64,000 nucleotides of DNA from Opitutaceae bacterium (GTDB lineage Bacteria; Verrucomicrobiota; Verrucomicrobiia; Opitutales; Opitutaceae): positions 739 to 64,738 of the forward strand of contig DASXEV010000042.1 of NCBI GenBank assembly GCA_036489955.1, in the 5' to 3' direction. The position numbers and the translations under genes were made by a program. Of the stretch, positions 1-8,530 are shown piece by piece. The stretch's first letter is position 1; every line of letters starts with the position of its first letter. The notes under the pieces were generated by a model. That model was not told the origin of the DNA, ran no database searches, and was given only the letters and a program-made list of their open reading frames with translations.

Positions 1-402
1 GGGTTCAACATCAACTCCACCGTCCCGTCGGAGGACCTCGTGGGCAGGCCCCGCCACCCCGAGACCGACCCCGCCACCGGGGTCTGGGGCCAGATCAGGG
101 ACCAGACCGCCGTGGTCGTCGGGCTCGGCGGCACCTACAACAAGGGGGTGCACGGCCGTCCGACCGCGAAGGCCTACGGCGCGTACGTGGCCGACGTATT
201 CCTCCCCATGGTCATCCCGTTCACCCCGGGCACCAACGCGCTATGGGATCCCTGGCAGGGCAGCCACAACGGCAAGGGCCTGACCGAGGACGCGTTCGAC
301 AACGCCGCCAAAGTCATACTCAACCAGGACTTCGCCTCCGGCCTTACCCAGCCCGCGAAGCTCCTCGACTACTTCCCTTACCTCGCCCCGCCGGAAAGCT
401 GA
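1..402 (+). CDS. 3' end of a CDS entering from upstream of the window (hypothetical, family not recognised)
   Basis: Frame 1 is open from base 1 to the stop at 400-402, the same frame as track ORF 40..402. Third-position G+C is high. I can name no motif. Confidence 0.45.
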   Translation, partial: GFNINSTVPSEDLVGRPRHPETDPATGVWGQIRDQTAVVVGLGGTYNKGVHGRPTAKAYGAYVADVFLPMVIPFTPGTNALWDPWQGSHNGKGLTEDAFDNAAKVILNQDFASGLTQPAKLLDYFPYLAPPES

Positions 403-522
403 CCAGGCGGGCCGCTGGCCCCGATAAGCGGCCGGGGGCTGGCACGGTGGCTCAGTCTCCGTTTCCAGTCCCCGGCCCCATCGCAAAGCACGCGCGGCCG
501 GCTAGGCCGAAGCGCACGCCGC

Positions 523-1398
523 TTACATCGCGGCGGGGTGCCACACGGTCTTGGTTTCCAGATAGGTGAGCATGCGGTCCAGGGTGGGCGTCGCCGCCCA
601 GTCGGTGCTCGCCGAGAGCCCCACGACGCGCTTGAGGTTGTCTGTGGCGGCGACCGCAAGGTCGTCCCGCAAGTCGTCTGGCGCGCCGGTCAGGTCGATG
701 GCATTGACGTCCATGTGGGAAGCGAGCCACGGCCCGATCTCCGGCACCCGTCCGGTCAGCACGTTCACCACGCCGCCGGGAACGTCGGAGGTGGCAAGCA
801 CCTCGGACAGCGTGACGGCGGGCAGCGGGTACTGTTCCGACGCCAGCACCACCACGGTGTTACCGCTCACGATGGCCGGCGCGACGACCGAGACGAAGCC
901 GAGCAACGGGCCCCGCTGGGGCGCGAGCACGGCGACGACCCCCGTCGGCTCGGGCAGCGAGAAGTTGAAGTACGGTCCCGCCACCGGGTTGGACGAGCCA
1001 CGGACCTGCGCGATCTTGTCCGCCCAGCCCGCGTACCACACCCACCGGTCGATGGCGGCGTCCACGAACGCTTCCGCCTTCGACGAGCCGATGCCCTCCG
1101 CCGCACGGATCTCGCTGACGAACTGCGACCGGCGGCCCTCCATCAACTCGGCGACACGGTAGAGGACCTGGCCTCGGTTGTACGCGGTGGCGCCGGACCA
1201 TCCAGCGAACGCCTTGCGCGCCGCGGACACCGCGTCGCGCGCGTCCTTGCGCGAGGCGAGGGCAGCGTTGGCGAGGAAGCCGCCGTGCGAGTCGCTCACC
1301 ACGTAGGACCTTCCGCTTTCCGAACGCGGAAAGGCGCCGCCGATATACAGCTTGTACGTCTTGCGCACGGCAACACGACCGGCGACTGAGTCAGACAT
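523..1398 (-). CDS. Aldehyde dehydrogenase family paralogue lacking the catalytic domain (291 aa)
   Basis: The N-terminal half aligns with the adjacent full-length ALDH (YKLYIGGAF, YAGWADKI, GNTVVVL..PGGVVNVLTG). The ELGGK, catalytic-Cys and EEIFGP segments are absent. It overlaps the upstream gene by 8 nt (1391-1398). Confidence 0.8.
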   Translation of the reverse strand: MSDSVAGRVAVRKTYKLYIGGAFPRSESGRSYVVSDSHGGFLANAALASRKDARDAVSAARKAFAGWSGATAYNRGQVLYRVAELMEGRRSQFVSEIRAAEGIGSSKAEAFVDAAIDRWVWYAGWADKIAQVRGSSNPVAGPYFNFSLPEPTGVVAVLAPQRGPLLGFVSVVAPAIVSGNTVVVLASEQYPLPAVTLSEVLATSDVPGGVVNVLTGRVPEIGPWLASHMDVNAIDLTGAPDDLRDDLAVAATDNLKRVVGLSASTDWAATPTLDRMLTYLETKTVWHPAAM

Positions 1399-2869
1399 CG
1401 AGGTACGCCTCCAGCCCGTGCCTGCCGCCCTCGCGCCCGTAGCCGGACTCCTTGTAGCCGCCGAACGGCGACGCCGGGTCGAACCGGTTGAACGTATTCG
1501 CCCACACCACGCCTGCCCGTAGCCGGGACGCCATCCACAAGATCAGCGAGCCCTTCTCGGTCCACACGCCGGCGGACAGGCCGTAGGGCGTGTTGTTGGC
1601 CTTCTCCACCGCCTCGGCCGGCGTGCGGAACGTCAGCACAGAAAGCACCGGCCCGAAGATCTCTTCCCGCGCGATGCGGTGCGCCTGCGCTACCCCGGTG
1701 AAGATCGTCGGCGGGAACCAGAACCCGCGCTCCGGCAGGTCGCAAGGCGGCGACCAGCGCTCGGCGCCCTCGGCCTCCCCCAAGTCGGACAGCTCGCGGA
1801 TCTTGGCTAGCTGCGCGGCCGAGTTGATCGCGCCCACGTCGGTGTTCTTGTCGAGCGGGTCACCGAGCCGCAGCGTGCCCAGCCGTCGCCGCAGCGACGC
1901 GATCACCTCGTCATACACCGACTCCTGTACGAGCAACCTGGACCCGGCGCAGCAGACGTGCCCCTGGTTGAAGAAGATCCCGTTCACGATGCCCTCGACG
2001 GCCTGGTCGATGGGCGCGTCCTCGAAGACGACATTGGCCGCCTTTCCGCCCAGCTCCATGGTCATCCGCCTGCCGGTCCCCGCGAGCTGGCGCATGATCA
2101 GCTTGCCGACCTCGGTGGAGCCCGTGAAGGCGACCTTCGCGGCGCCCGGGTGGCCCATGACGGCGGACCCGGTCCCGCCGGCGCCGGTCACGATGTTGAC
2201 GACCCCGGGGGGCAGCCCGGCGTCCTGCAGGATCTCCGCCAGCTTGAGCGCCGTGATGGAGGTCGTCTCCGCGGGCTTGAGGACCACGCAGTTGCCCATG
2301 GCGAGGGCCGGCGAGAGCTTCCACGCCAGCATGAGGAGGGGGAAGTTCCAGGGGATCACCTGGCCGACGACCCCGAGGGGGCCCGCCGTCCGCCCGGGCG
2401 CCACGTAGTCCAGCTTGTCCGCCCAGCCCGCGTGGTAGAAGAAATGCGCCGCCGCCATCGGCACGTCGAAGTCCCTCGACTCGCGGATGGGCTTGCCCCC
2501 GTCCATGGTCTCGGCGACCGCGAACTCCCTCGCCCTGTCCTGGAGGAGGCGGGCAATCCTGAAGAGGTACTTCCCCCGCTCGCGCCCGTGAAGGGCGGAC
2601 CAGGGGCCGAAGGCCCTGGCCGCCGCCGCATAGGCTGCGTCGACGTCCGCGGGGCCCGCGAGCGCGATGTCGGCCAGCTTCCTCTCGTTCGCGGGGTTGA
2701 TGGACGCGAAGTACTTCCCGGACCTCGGCCGCACGAACTTCCCGCCGATGAAGAGGTCGTACCGCGGCTTCAGCCTGGGGTCGGCCGTCTCCGGCGCCGG
2801 GTCGAACTCCCAGAGGTCCCCGAAGATGAGGCCCGCCCTGCCCCGCGCCGGCTGTCGCTTTGAGGGCAT
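1391..2869 (-). CDS. NAD(P)-dependent aldehyde dehydrogenase (492 aa)
   Basis: ALDH hallmarks are present: FTGSTEVGK, ELGGKA, the catalytic-Cys segment NQGHVCCAGSRL and EEIFGPV. Confidence 0.9.
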   Translation of the reverse strand: MPSKRQPARGRAGLIFGDLWEFDPAPETADPRLKPRYDLFIGGKFVRPRSGKYFASINPANERKLADIALAGPADVDAAYAAAARAFGPWSALHGRERGKYLFRIARLLQDRAREFAVAETMDGGKPIRESRDFDVPMAAAHFFYHAGWADKLDYVAPGRTAGPLGVVGQVIPWNFPLLMLAWKLSPALAMGNCVVLKPAETTSITALKLAEILQDAGLPPGVVNIVTGAGGTGSAVMGHPGAAKVAFTGSTEVGKLIMRQLAGTGRRMTMELGGKAANVVFEDAPIDQAVEGIVNGIFFNQGHVCCAGSRLLVQESVYDEVIASLRRRLGTLRLGDPLDKNTDVGAINSAAQLAKIRELSDLGEAEGAERWSPPCDLPERGFWFPPTIFTGVAQAHRIAREEIFGPVLSVLTFRTPAEAVEKANNTPYGLSAGVWTEKGSLILWMASRLRAGVVWANTFNRFDPASPFGGYKESGYGREGGRHGLEAYLDV

Positions 2870-2870
2870 C

Positions 2871-3809
2871 CTAGTAGCTCTCCGACGCCTCGCTGAAGGA
2901 GTACGGCGCCTGGTAGGCGCCCGTCCGCTCCCGCTCCAGCTGGCGCAGAAGGTCGTTGAGGAGCGAGCTGGCCCCGAACCGGTACCTGCGGCCGGTGAGC
3001 CAGGCGTCGCCCAGCGTCTCCTTGACCGCGACGAGGAAATGGAGCGCCTGCTTGGCCGTCCTGATGCCGCCCGCCGGCTTCATGCCGATGGCCACCCCCG
3101 TCTCGGCGTGGAAGTCGCGGATCGCCTCGATCATCACCTGGGTGTTGGAAAGCGTCGCGTTCAGCGGGGTCTTGCCGGTGCTCGTCTTTATGAAGTCCCC
3201 GGCGCGGAGGACGCGCATCGCGAGGAGGGACGCCATGCGGATGTTGTCGTAGGTCTCCAGCTCGCTGACCTCGAGGATGACCTTCAGGGCCGCGGCGCCA
3301 CGAGCCTGCGACACGGCGGAGATCTCGTCCTGGACGCGCGCGTACTCGCCGGAGAGGAACGCGCCGCGGTTGATCACCATGTCGATCTCGTCCGCGCCGT
3401 CGGCGACGGCGCCGCGCACCTCGGCGAGCCTCGTCCGCAGGTGCGTCTGCCCGGACGGGAACGCCGTCGCGACCGAGGCGACCTTCACCGGGGTGCCGCC
3501 GACGCGGCGCCTGGCCCGCGCCACCATGGCCGGATACACGCACACGGCGGCGACCGGGGGGACCCCGGGGTGGTCGTGCGGCCGCAGCGCCTTCGCGCAC
3601 AGGGAGTCGATCTTTCCGGGCGTGTCCTTGCCCTCCAGCGTCGTCAGGTCCGTCATCGAGACCGCCAGGCGCAGGCCCCAGACCTTGGACGCCCGCTTTA
3701 TGCTCCTCGTCGCGAACTTGGCCACGCGCTCCTCGATCCCGGCCTGGTCCACGGCGCCGGCCTCGCCCAGGAGGCGCGCGCGCGCGGCATTCGGGCGGGT
3801 GGGCACCAT
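2871..3809 (-). CDS. deoC: Deoxyribose-phosphate aldolase, long form (312 aa)
   Basis: I use the inner ATG at 3809 of track ORF 2871..4100, because the 97 upstream codons are Arg/Pro/Gly-rich. It carries the Schiff-base lysine motif FIKTSTGK and DMVINRG. Its stop lies 1 nt from the ALDH start. Confidence 0.85.
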   Translation of the reverse strand: MVPTRPNAARARLLGEAGAVDQAGIEERVAKFATRSIKRASKVWGLRLAVSMTDLTTLEGKDTPGKIDSLCAKALRPHDHPGVPPVAAVCVYPAMVARARRRVGGTPVKVASVATAFPSGQTHLRTRLAEVRGAVADGADEIDMVINRGAFLSGEYARVQDEISAVSQARGAAALKVILEVSELETYDNIRMASLLAMRVLRAGDFIKTSTGKTPLNATLSNTQVMIEAIRDFHAETGVAIGMKPAGGIRTAKQALHFLVAVKETLGDAWLTGRRYRFGASSLLNDLLRQLERERTGAYQAPYSFSEASESY

Positions 3810-3880
3810 CGCGCGACTATCGGCACGCCGCCCTGCCAAAACAATTGAAAAACGGCTCCGCCCGGGGCCATCTTCCCGTG

Positions 3881-4597
3881 ATGACCCGCGCGGAGATCCA
3901 GCTCGTCCGCTCGCTCCGCGAGAAGAGGGGCCGCGAGGTGCACGGCCTCTACGCCGTGGAGGGGGAGAAGATCGTCGGCGAGCTCCTGGCCGCGGGCCAC
4001 GCCTTTGAGGAGATCTGGGCGACGCCATCATGGGCTGGCGCGCGGACCCGCGCGGTGACCGAGGCGGAGATGGCCCGGGCGAGCCATTTCCCGGCGCCAT
4101 CCCCAGTCCTCGCCATCGGGCGCCTGCGCCGCGCGGGGCTGTCCCCGGGCGAGCTCGCCCGCGGCCTCACGCTGGCGCTCGACGGCGTCCAGGATCCCGG
4201 GAACGTCGGCACCATCCTGCGCATCGCGGACTGGTTCGCCTTCGACCGCGTGCTCCTCTCGCCCGACTGCGCCGACCTCTATTCGCAGAAGGTCATCCAG
4301 GCCAGCATGGGCTCCTTCGCGCGCGTGAGGGCCGTCGCCGCGGACCTGGCGCCGGCGCTCGCCGGCGCCGGGGCCCCCGTCATCGGGTGCGAGCTCGGCG
4401 GCCGGCCGGTCCACGGCATCGGGCCCCTGCGGGACGCCGTCTTCGTGATCGGCAGCGAGGGCCGGGGGATCTCCGCGCCGGTGAAGGCGCTCCTCGCGTT
4501 CTCGGTCACCATCCCCCGGACGGGCTCCGCGGAGTCGCTGAACGCGGCGGCCGCGGCCGCCGTCGTGTGCGACAATGTCCGGCGCCAGCTGGGGTGA
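3881..4597 (+). CDS. TrmH/SpoU family RNA 2'-O-methyltransferase
   Basis: ATG 3881 lies inside track ORF 3845..4597. SpoU motifs are present: LDGVQDPGNVGTILR, VIGSEGRGIS and ESLNAAAAAAV. Confidence 0.8.
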   Translation: MTRAEIQLVRSLREKRGREVHGLYAVEGEKIVGELLAAGHAFEEIWATPSWAGARTRAVTEAEMARASHFPAPSPVLAIGRLRRAGLSPGELARGLTLALDGVQDPGNVGTILRIADWFAFDRVLLSPDCADLYSQKVIQASMGSFARVRAVAADLAPALAGAGAPVIGCELGGRPVHGIGPLRDAVFVIGSEGRGISAPVKALLAFSVTIPRTGSAESLNAAAAAAVVCDNVRRQLG

Positions 4598-4616
4598 CGC
4601 GCGCCGCCCGCGCCCC

Positions 4617-4847
4617 TTATTTCTCGGGCTTGGCGCCCTTGCCGCCGCCGGCCATCAGCACCGCCCCGGCGAAGACGCCGATCGCGAACATCCCGAAGTA
4701 GATCTCCCAGGCGTCGGTCGTCGCCTTCTTGGCGAGGAGGAGCGGAAAGTTGAAGTCAGCCGACTGCCGGTTGTTGACCCCGATGTAGAGGACGATGAAC
4801 AGCGTCCCCAGGAATACGACCAGCTTGGCAAAGGCCTTGAAGCTCAT
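4617..4847 (-). CDS. Small membrane protein, LapA/DUF1049-like (76 aa)
   Basis: This is the 3' portion of track ORF 4617..5927, starting at ATG 4847. It has two hydrophobic helices (LVVFLGTLFIVLYIGV, IYFGMFAIGVFAGAVLMAG). It lies 14 nt downstream of the MBL gene. Confidence 0.5.
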   Translation of the reverse strand: MSFKAFAKLVVFLGTLFIVLYIGVNNRQSADFNFPLLLAKKATTDAWEIYFGMFAIGVFAGAVLMAGGGKGAKPEK

Positions 4848-4861
4848 GCCCGCAGGCTGGC

Positions 4862-5812
4862 TCAGGCCCCGGGGGCAGTCAATTCGTCGAAGACCGACCC
4901 CAGGACGAGCCCGAGGCGGTTGGGAAGGGGCACATGGTAGTCCGGGAAGCCCGGCATGTTCTCCAGGGCGACCACCGTCGCCTTTTCCGTGCCCGCGTCC
5001 ACGCGCTTCTGCACGTAGTCGACGACCGCGCCCAGGAAGTCGCGCATGACCAGGAGGTCGGCCCGGGTCCCGGTGACCCCGAACCGCGGGTTGCCGTGGC
5101 CGAACACGTAGATGGCGTCCGCCGGGTAGGCCGCCGCGCAGTCGCCGAGCGACTTGATCCAGCCCCTGGCGGTCGCCCCGCCCGGGCGGTCGACGAAGGG
5201 GTAGATCCGGTTGAACACGAGGTCGCCCATGTGGACGACGTTCGCCTTTTCGAAGATGACGACCGCGTCCCCGCCGGTGTGGGCGGGGCCCCGGAACTCG
5301 GCGGTCACGATCTCCGAGCCCAGCTCGCGCCTCCAGACGTCCGTGAAGGTTGTGTCGGCGTACACCTGGCTCTCGATGGTCGCCGCCGGGTCGACCCTGC
5401 CCTCCTGGCGCTCGGCCCTCTTGGCCGCCTTGAACTGCAGGTCGGGGACGTTGGCCTGGGCGACGAGCTCCCTCGACGCGGGCTTGAAGACGGAGTTGCC
5501 GCCCGTGTGGTCGACGTGGTGGTGGGTGTTGATCGTCGCGTCGATCACGCGCCTGCCGATACCCGGCAGGCCCGTCAGGCAGGTGGCCGCCGTGTCGGGG
5601 AACTGGGTGTCGACGACGGCCAGCGCGCCGGCCGAGGCCAGCCAGCCGATCGTGCCGCCGCGCCCGGTGAAGACGCCGACGTCGCGCCGGAGCGGCCGGA
5701 ATTCCGTGGCCGAGGGGGCCGGGGAGGGCCTTGCGGGCTGCCCGCGGAGCCTGGCTGAGGCCAGTCCCGCCGCTGCGGCCAGTGACGAGCGTAGGAAATC
5801 GCGGCGGTTCAT
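4862..5812 (-). CDS. Tat-exported MBL-fold metallo-hydrolase
   Basis: The start is ATG 5812. It has a twin-arginine signal (NRRDFLRSSLAAAAGLA) and the HxHxDH motif HHHVDHTGG. Confidence 0.85.
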   Translation of the reverse strand: MNRRDFLRSSLAAAAGLASARLRGQPARPSPAPSATEFRPLRRDVGVFTGRGGTIGWLASAGALAVVDTQFPDTAATCLTGLPGIGRRVIDATINTHHHVDHTGGNSVFKPASRELVAQANVPDLQFKAAKRAERQEGRVDPAATIESQVYADTTFTDVWRRELGSEIVTAEFRGPAHTGGDAVVIFEKANVVHMGDLVFNRIYPFVDRPGGATARGWIKSLGDCAAAYPADAIYVFGHGNPRFGVTGTRADLLVMRDFLGAVVDYVQKRVDAGTEKATVVALENMPGFPDYHVPLPNRLGLVLGSVFDELTAPGA

Positions 5813-5941
5813 GCGCCGGACACTGGACCCTGCGCCGGCGCCGATCAACACCGGCCTCCCCGGGGGAAACCCGCCCAATCCTGTAACAATCCGCCCTGCC
5901 GGCGGTTCTTGGGTTCATATCCCGCATGCCCCGACCCGCCC

Positions 5942-6586
5942 ATGACGATGGCCCTCCCAGAAATACCTGTGCAGCCGCGAGTAACCGCGGTTGAATGGCG
6001 CGCAGGCCTTCCCGTGGACACCGATCCGCCCCTCTCAGACCACGAGCTCATGCTGGCCGTCCGCAGCGGCGACCTCGACTGCATGGGCGAGCTGTTTGAG
6101 CGCCACCACGGCCCGCTCTTCGGCTACCTCTACAAGCTGACCGGCGACCGCATGGCGGCCGAGGACGTGACCCAGACGGTGTTCCAGCGGATGCTGAAAT
6201 ACCGCCACACCTACCGCGATGAGGGCCGCTTCACCGCCTGGATGTACCACCTGGGCCGGCGCTGCGCCACCGACCACTTCCGCAAGTCCGCCTCGGCGCC
6301 GCAGGGCATGGATCCCGCCGACATCGACGCGCGTCCCGACGACTCGCGCGGCGCCGACGAGGCCGCGCAGAGGCAGGACGACCACGCCCTGCTCCACCGC
6401 GCGCTGGGAAAGCTGGACCGCGACGACCGGGAGGTGCTTCTCCTGTCCCGGCTCCAGGAGCTCTCCTTTGCCGAGGTCGCGCAGGTCCTCGAGTGCTCGG
6501 TCGGCGCCGCCCGCGTGCGGGCGCACCGGGCCCTCCGGACGCTCCGCGAGCACTACCTGAAGCTGCAACAGGAGCCCCTCACATGA
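5942..6586 (+). CDS. ECF (sigma-70 family) RNA polymerase sigma factor
   Basis: Region 2 is recognisable (AEDVTQTVFQRMLKY, FTAWMYHLGRR), as is the region 4 HTH (LSFAEVAQVLECSVGAARVRAHRAL). ATG 5942 lies inside track ORF 5909..6586. Confidence 0.85.
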   Translation: MTMALPEIPVQPRVTAVEWRAGLPVDTDPPLSDHELMLAVRSGDLDCMGELFERHHGPLFGYLYKLTGDRMAAEDVTQTVFQRMLKYRHTYRDEGRFTAWMYHLGRRCATDHFRKSASAPQGMDPADIDARPDDSRGADEAAQRQDDHALLHRALGKLDRDDREVLLLSRLQELSFAEVAQVLECSVGAARVRAHRALRTLREHYLKLQQEPLT

Positions 6587-7386
6587 ACTGCGAATCCTGC
6601 AGGGAAAAGATGCCCGAGCTCGCCGACGCCCGGCTTGACGAGGCCGCAGCCGCGGCCGCGCGCGGCCACATGGCGTCCTGCCCCGCCTGCGCGGCGGAGT
6701 ACGACGAGGTATCCCGGATGCTGGGGGCGCTCGACGCGCTGCCCGCGCCCCGCCCCAGGCCCGCGCTGCGCGCCGCCGTCATGGGCCACATCGAGGGCGA
6801 GAAGCTGACGCAGAGGAGCCGCGCGGAATGGGCGGCGGCGATCCGCTCCGCCGCCGGGGCGCGGCCGAGGCGGACCGCGTGGTGGCCCGGGATCCTCCAG
6901 GCCGCCGGCATCTGCGCGCTCTGCGGCCTCGGCTTCGTGCTCGGGGAAAGGACGGCCACCCAGCGCCAGCTCGCCGACCTGCGGGTGAAGGTCGACACGA
7001 TGGGCCAGCTGGTCGAGCAGTCGGTCCTCCAGAAGAAGGCCGCCGGCGACCGCCTTGAGACGGTCCTCACGGCCGCCACGGTCCGCAGCCCCGACGAGCA
7101 TGCGATCGACGGGCTCATCAATTCCCTCGCCTTCGACCCCAGCGTCAACGTCCGCCTGAACGCGCTCACCGCGCTGTACATGCACGCGGACCAGGACGTG
7201 GTGAGGGCGGGCGTCCTTGCCTGCCTGCAGCGCGAGCCGAATCCCCTGGTCCAGGTGTCCATGATCGACTTCCTGGTGGCGACCAAGGCCCACGAGGCCA
7301 CGCCCGAGCTCGCCAAGCTGGCCGGTGACGAGAAGACCGACGCCGACGTCCGCGATTCGGCGAAGCGCGCCCTCGAGATCCTCTGA
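6583..7386 (+). CDS. Anti-sigma factor: zf-HC2 N-terminus, one TM, C-terminal HEAT-like repeats
   Basis: ATG 6583 overlaps the sigma stop (ATGA). It has CESC...H..CPAC zinc-finger residues and a TM segment WWPGILQAAGICALCGLGFVLG. HEAT-like repeats are DPSVNVRLNALTAL, EPNPLVQVSMIDFL and DADVRDSAKRALEIL. Confidence 0.8.
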   Translation: MNCESCREKMPELADARLDEAAAAAARGHMASCPACAAEYDEVSRMLGALDALPAPRPRPALRAAVMGHIEGEKLTQRSRAEWAAAIRSAAGARPRRTAWWPGILQAAGICALCGLGFVLGERTATQRQLADLRVKVDTMGQLVEQSVLQKKAAGDRLETVLTAATVRSPDEHAIDGLINSLAFDPSVNVRLNALTALYMHADQDVVRAGVLACLQREPNPLVQVSMIDFLVATKAHEATPELAKLAGDEKTDADVRDSAKRALEIL

Positions 7387-7397
7387 CGCCCGAGCAA

Positions 7398-8480
7398 ATG
7401 ACCTTCATGAAAAAGACCATCCACTACTCCCTCGTCCTTGCCGCTGCGGCCGCCCTCTCGGCCGGCCGCGCGCTCGCCGACGAATCCGCAAGCACCATCG
7501 CCTTCAGCGATCCCTCCAAGCCGGGGGTCCTCAAGGTCCACATCCTGCACGGCGACGTGAGCGTCACCGGCGGCGACGTGAAGGAGATCACGGTCGAGAC
7601 CGACGCCGCGAACACCTCGCCGACCCCGCGCAAGGACGGCCTCAGGGTCCTCTCCTCCAACTCGGGGTTCCAGCTCGCCGAGAAGGGCAACATCGCGACC
7701 CTGGAATACGGCGCCGACAGCTGGGCGGGCGGCTCGACCAACTTCAGCATCACGGTCCCGCGCTCGACGACCGTCATGGTGGCCAACTCGTCGCACGGCG
7801 ACGTGGAGTGCTCGGGCATCGACGGCGACATCGACGTGCGCACGATGTCGGGAGACATCGAGCTGAAGGACGTGGCCGCCGGCGCCGTCGTCGAGACGAT
7901 GAACGGCGAGATCAAGGTGGACGTGAAGGCGCTGAGGGACGCCCATCCCCTCTCCTTCACCTCCATGCACGGCGAGATCAGCCTCCACGTGCCGGAGTCG
8001 GCCAAGGCCGACGTCATCTTCAGGACGCACCGCGGCGTCATCCTGACGAACTTCGACGACAAGGCGCTCGTGACCCGCACCGAGATCACCCCGTCGCGCC
8101 GCACGGACCACAAGCAGAAGGACAAGGACAGGAACCTGTCGGACATGGCGGCGGCCCCGGCCCCCGTGGCGCCCGTGCCCGCCGTCGCCCCGGCGGCGCC
8201 GGCCTCCCCCAGCTCCCACTCCGACAGCGATGACGACTGGCGCGCCGACGTCCGCGAATCCGTCCGGGAGGCCGCGCGCGAGGCGGCCGACGCAAGCCGC
8301 GAGGCCGCGGAGGCGATCCGCGAGGGCCTCGACGAGGCCCACATGGAGGTCTCCGGGATCACCGCGCCCATGCCGCCCATGACCGGGGGCAAGGTCGTGT
8401 CCGGCAAGCTGAACGGCGGCGGCGTCCAGATCCAGGCCGCGACCCTCACCGGCGACATCATCCTCAGGAAGTCCGAGTGA
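7398..8480 (+). CDS. Secreted DUF4097-like beta-helix (putative adhesin) protein with Ala/Pro linker and acidic helical tail
   Basis: It has a signal peptide (KKTIHYSLVLAAAAALSAGRALA). GD(I/V)-type repeats recur: HGDVSVTGGD, GDIDVRTMSGDIELKD, NGEIKVD, HGEISLHVP and TGDIILRK. Confidence 0.7.
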   Translation: MTFMKKTIHYSLVLAAAAALSAGRALADESASTIAFSDPSKPGVLKVHILHGDVSVTGGDVKEITVETDAANTSPTPRKDGLRVLSSNSGFQLAEKGNIATLEYGADSWAGGSTNFSITVPRSTTVMVANSSHGDVECSGIDGDIDVRTMSGDIELKDVAAGAVVETMNGEIKVDVKALRDAHPLSFTSMHGEISLHVPESAKADVIFRTHRGVILTNFDDKALVTRTEITPSRRTDHKQKDKDRNLSDMAAAPAPVAPVPAVAPAAPASPSSHSDSDDDWRADVRESVREAAREAADASREAAEAIREGLDEAHMEVSGITAPMPPMTGGKVVSGKLNGGGVQIQAATLTGDIILRKSE

Positions 8481-8494
8481 CTTGTTGGGTAGGC

Positions 8495-8530
8495 GGGCGG
8501 CGGCCCCTGGGGAGGGACCGCCGCCCTTTG
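8495..8530 (+). terminator. Possible intrinsic terminator after the DUF4097-like gene (weak T tail)
   Basis: GGGCGGCGG (8495-8503) pairs with CCGCCGCCC (8518-8526) and is followed by TTTG. A second GCCCC/GGGGC hairpin with GTTTT follows near 8570-8590. Confidence 0.35.

Noticed and set aside
2871-4100. Long 5' extensions of real genes in the track. Examples are deoC 409 aa, the permease ORF 36814..40716, the GH89 ORF 52150..55611, the DUF45 ORF 61202..63367 and the amt, putA, xth and purE ORFs.
   Set aside because: The extensions overlap neighbouring genes or divergent promoters and are Arg/Pro-rich. They precede an internal ATG or GTG that restores a normal N-terminus (signal peptide or conserved first motif), and that start often overlaps the upstream stop.
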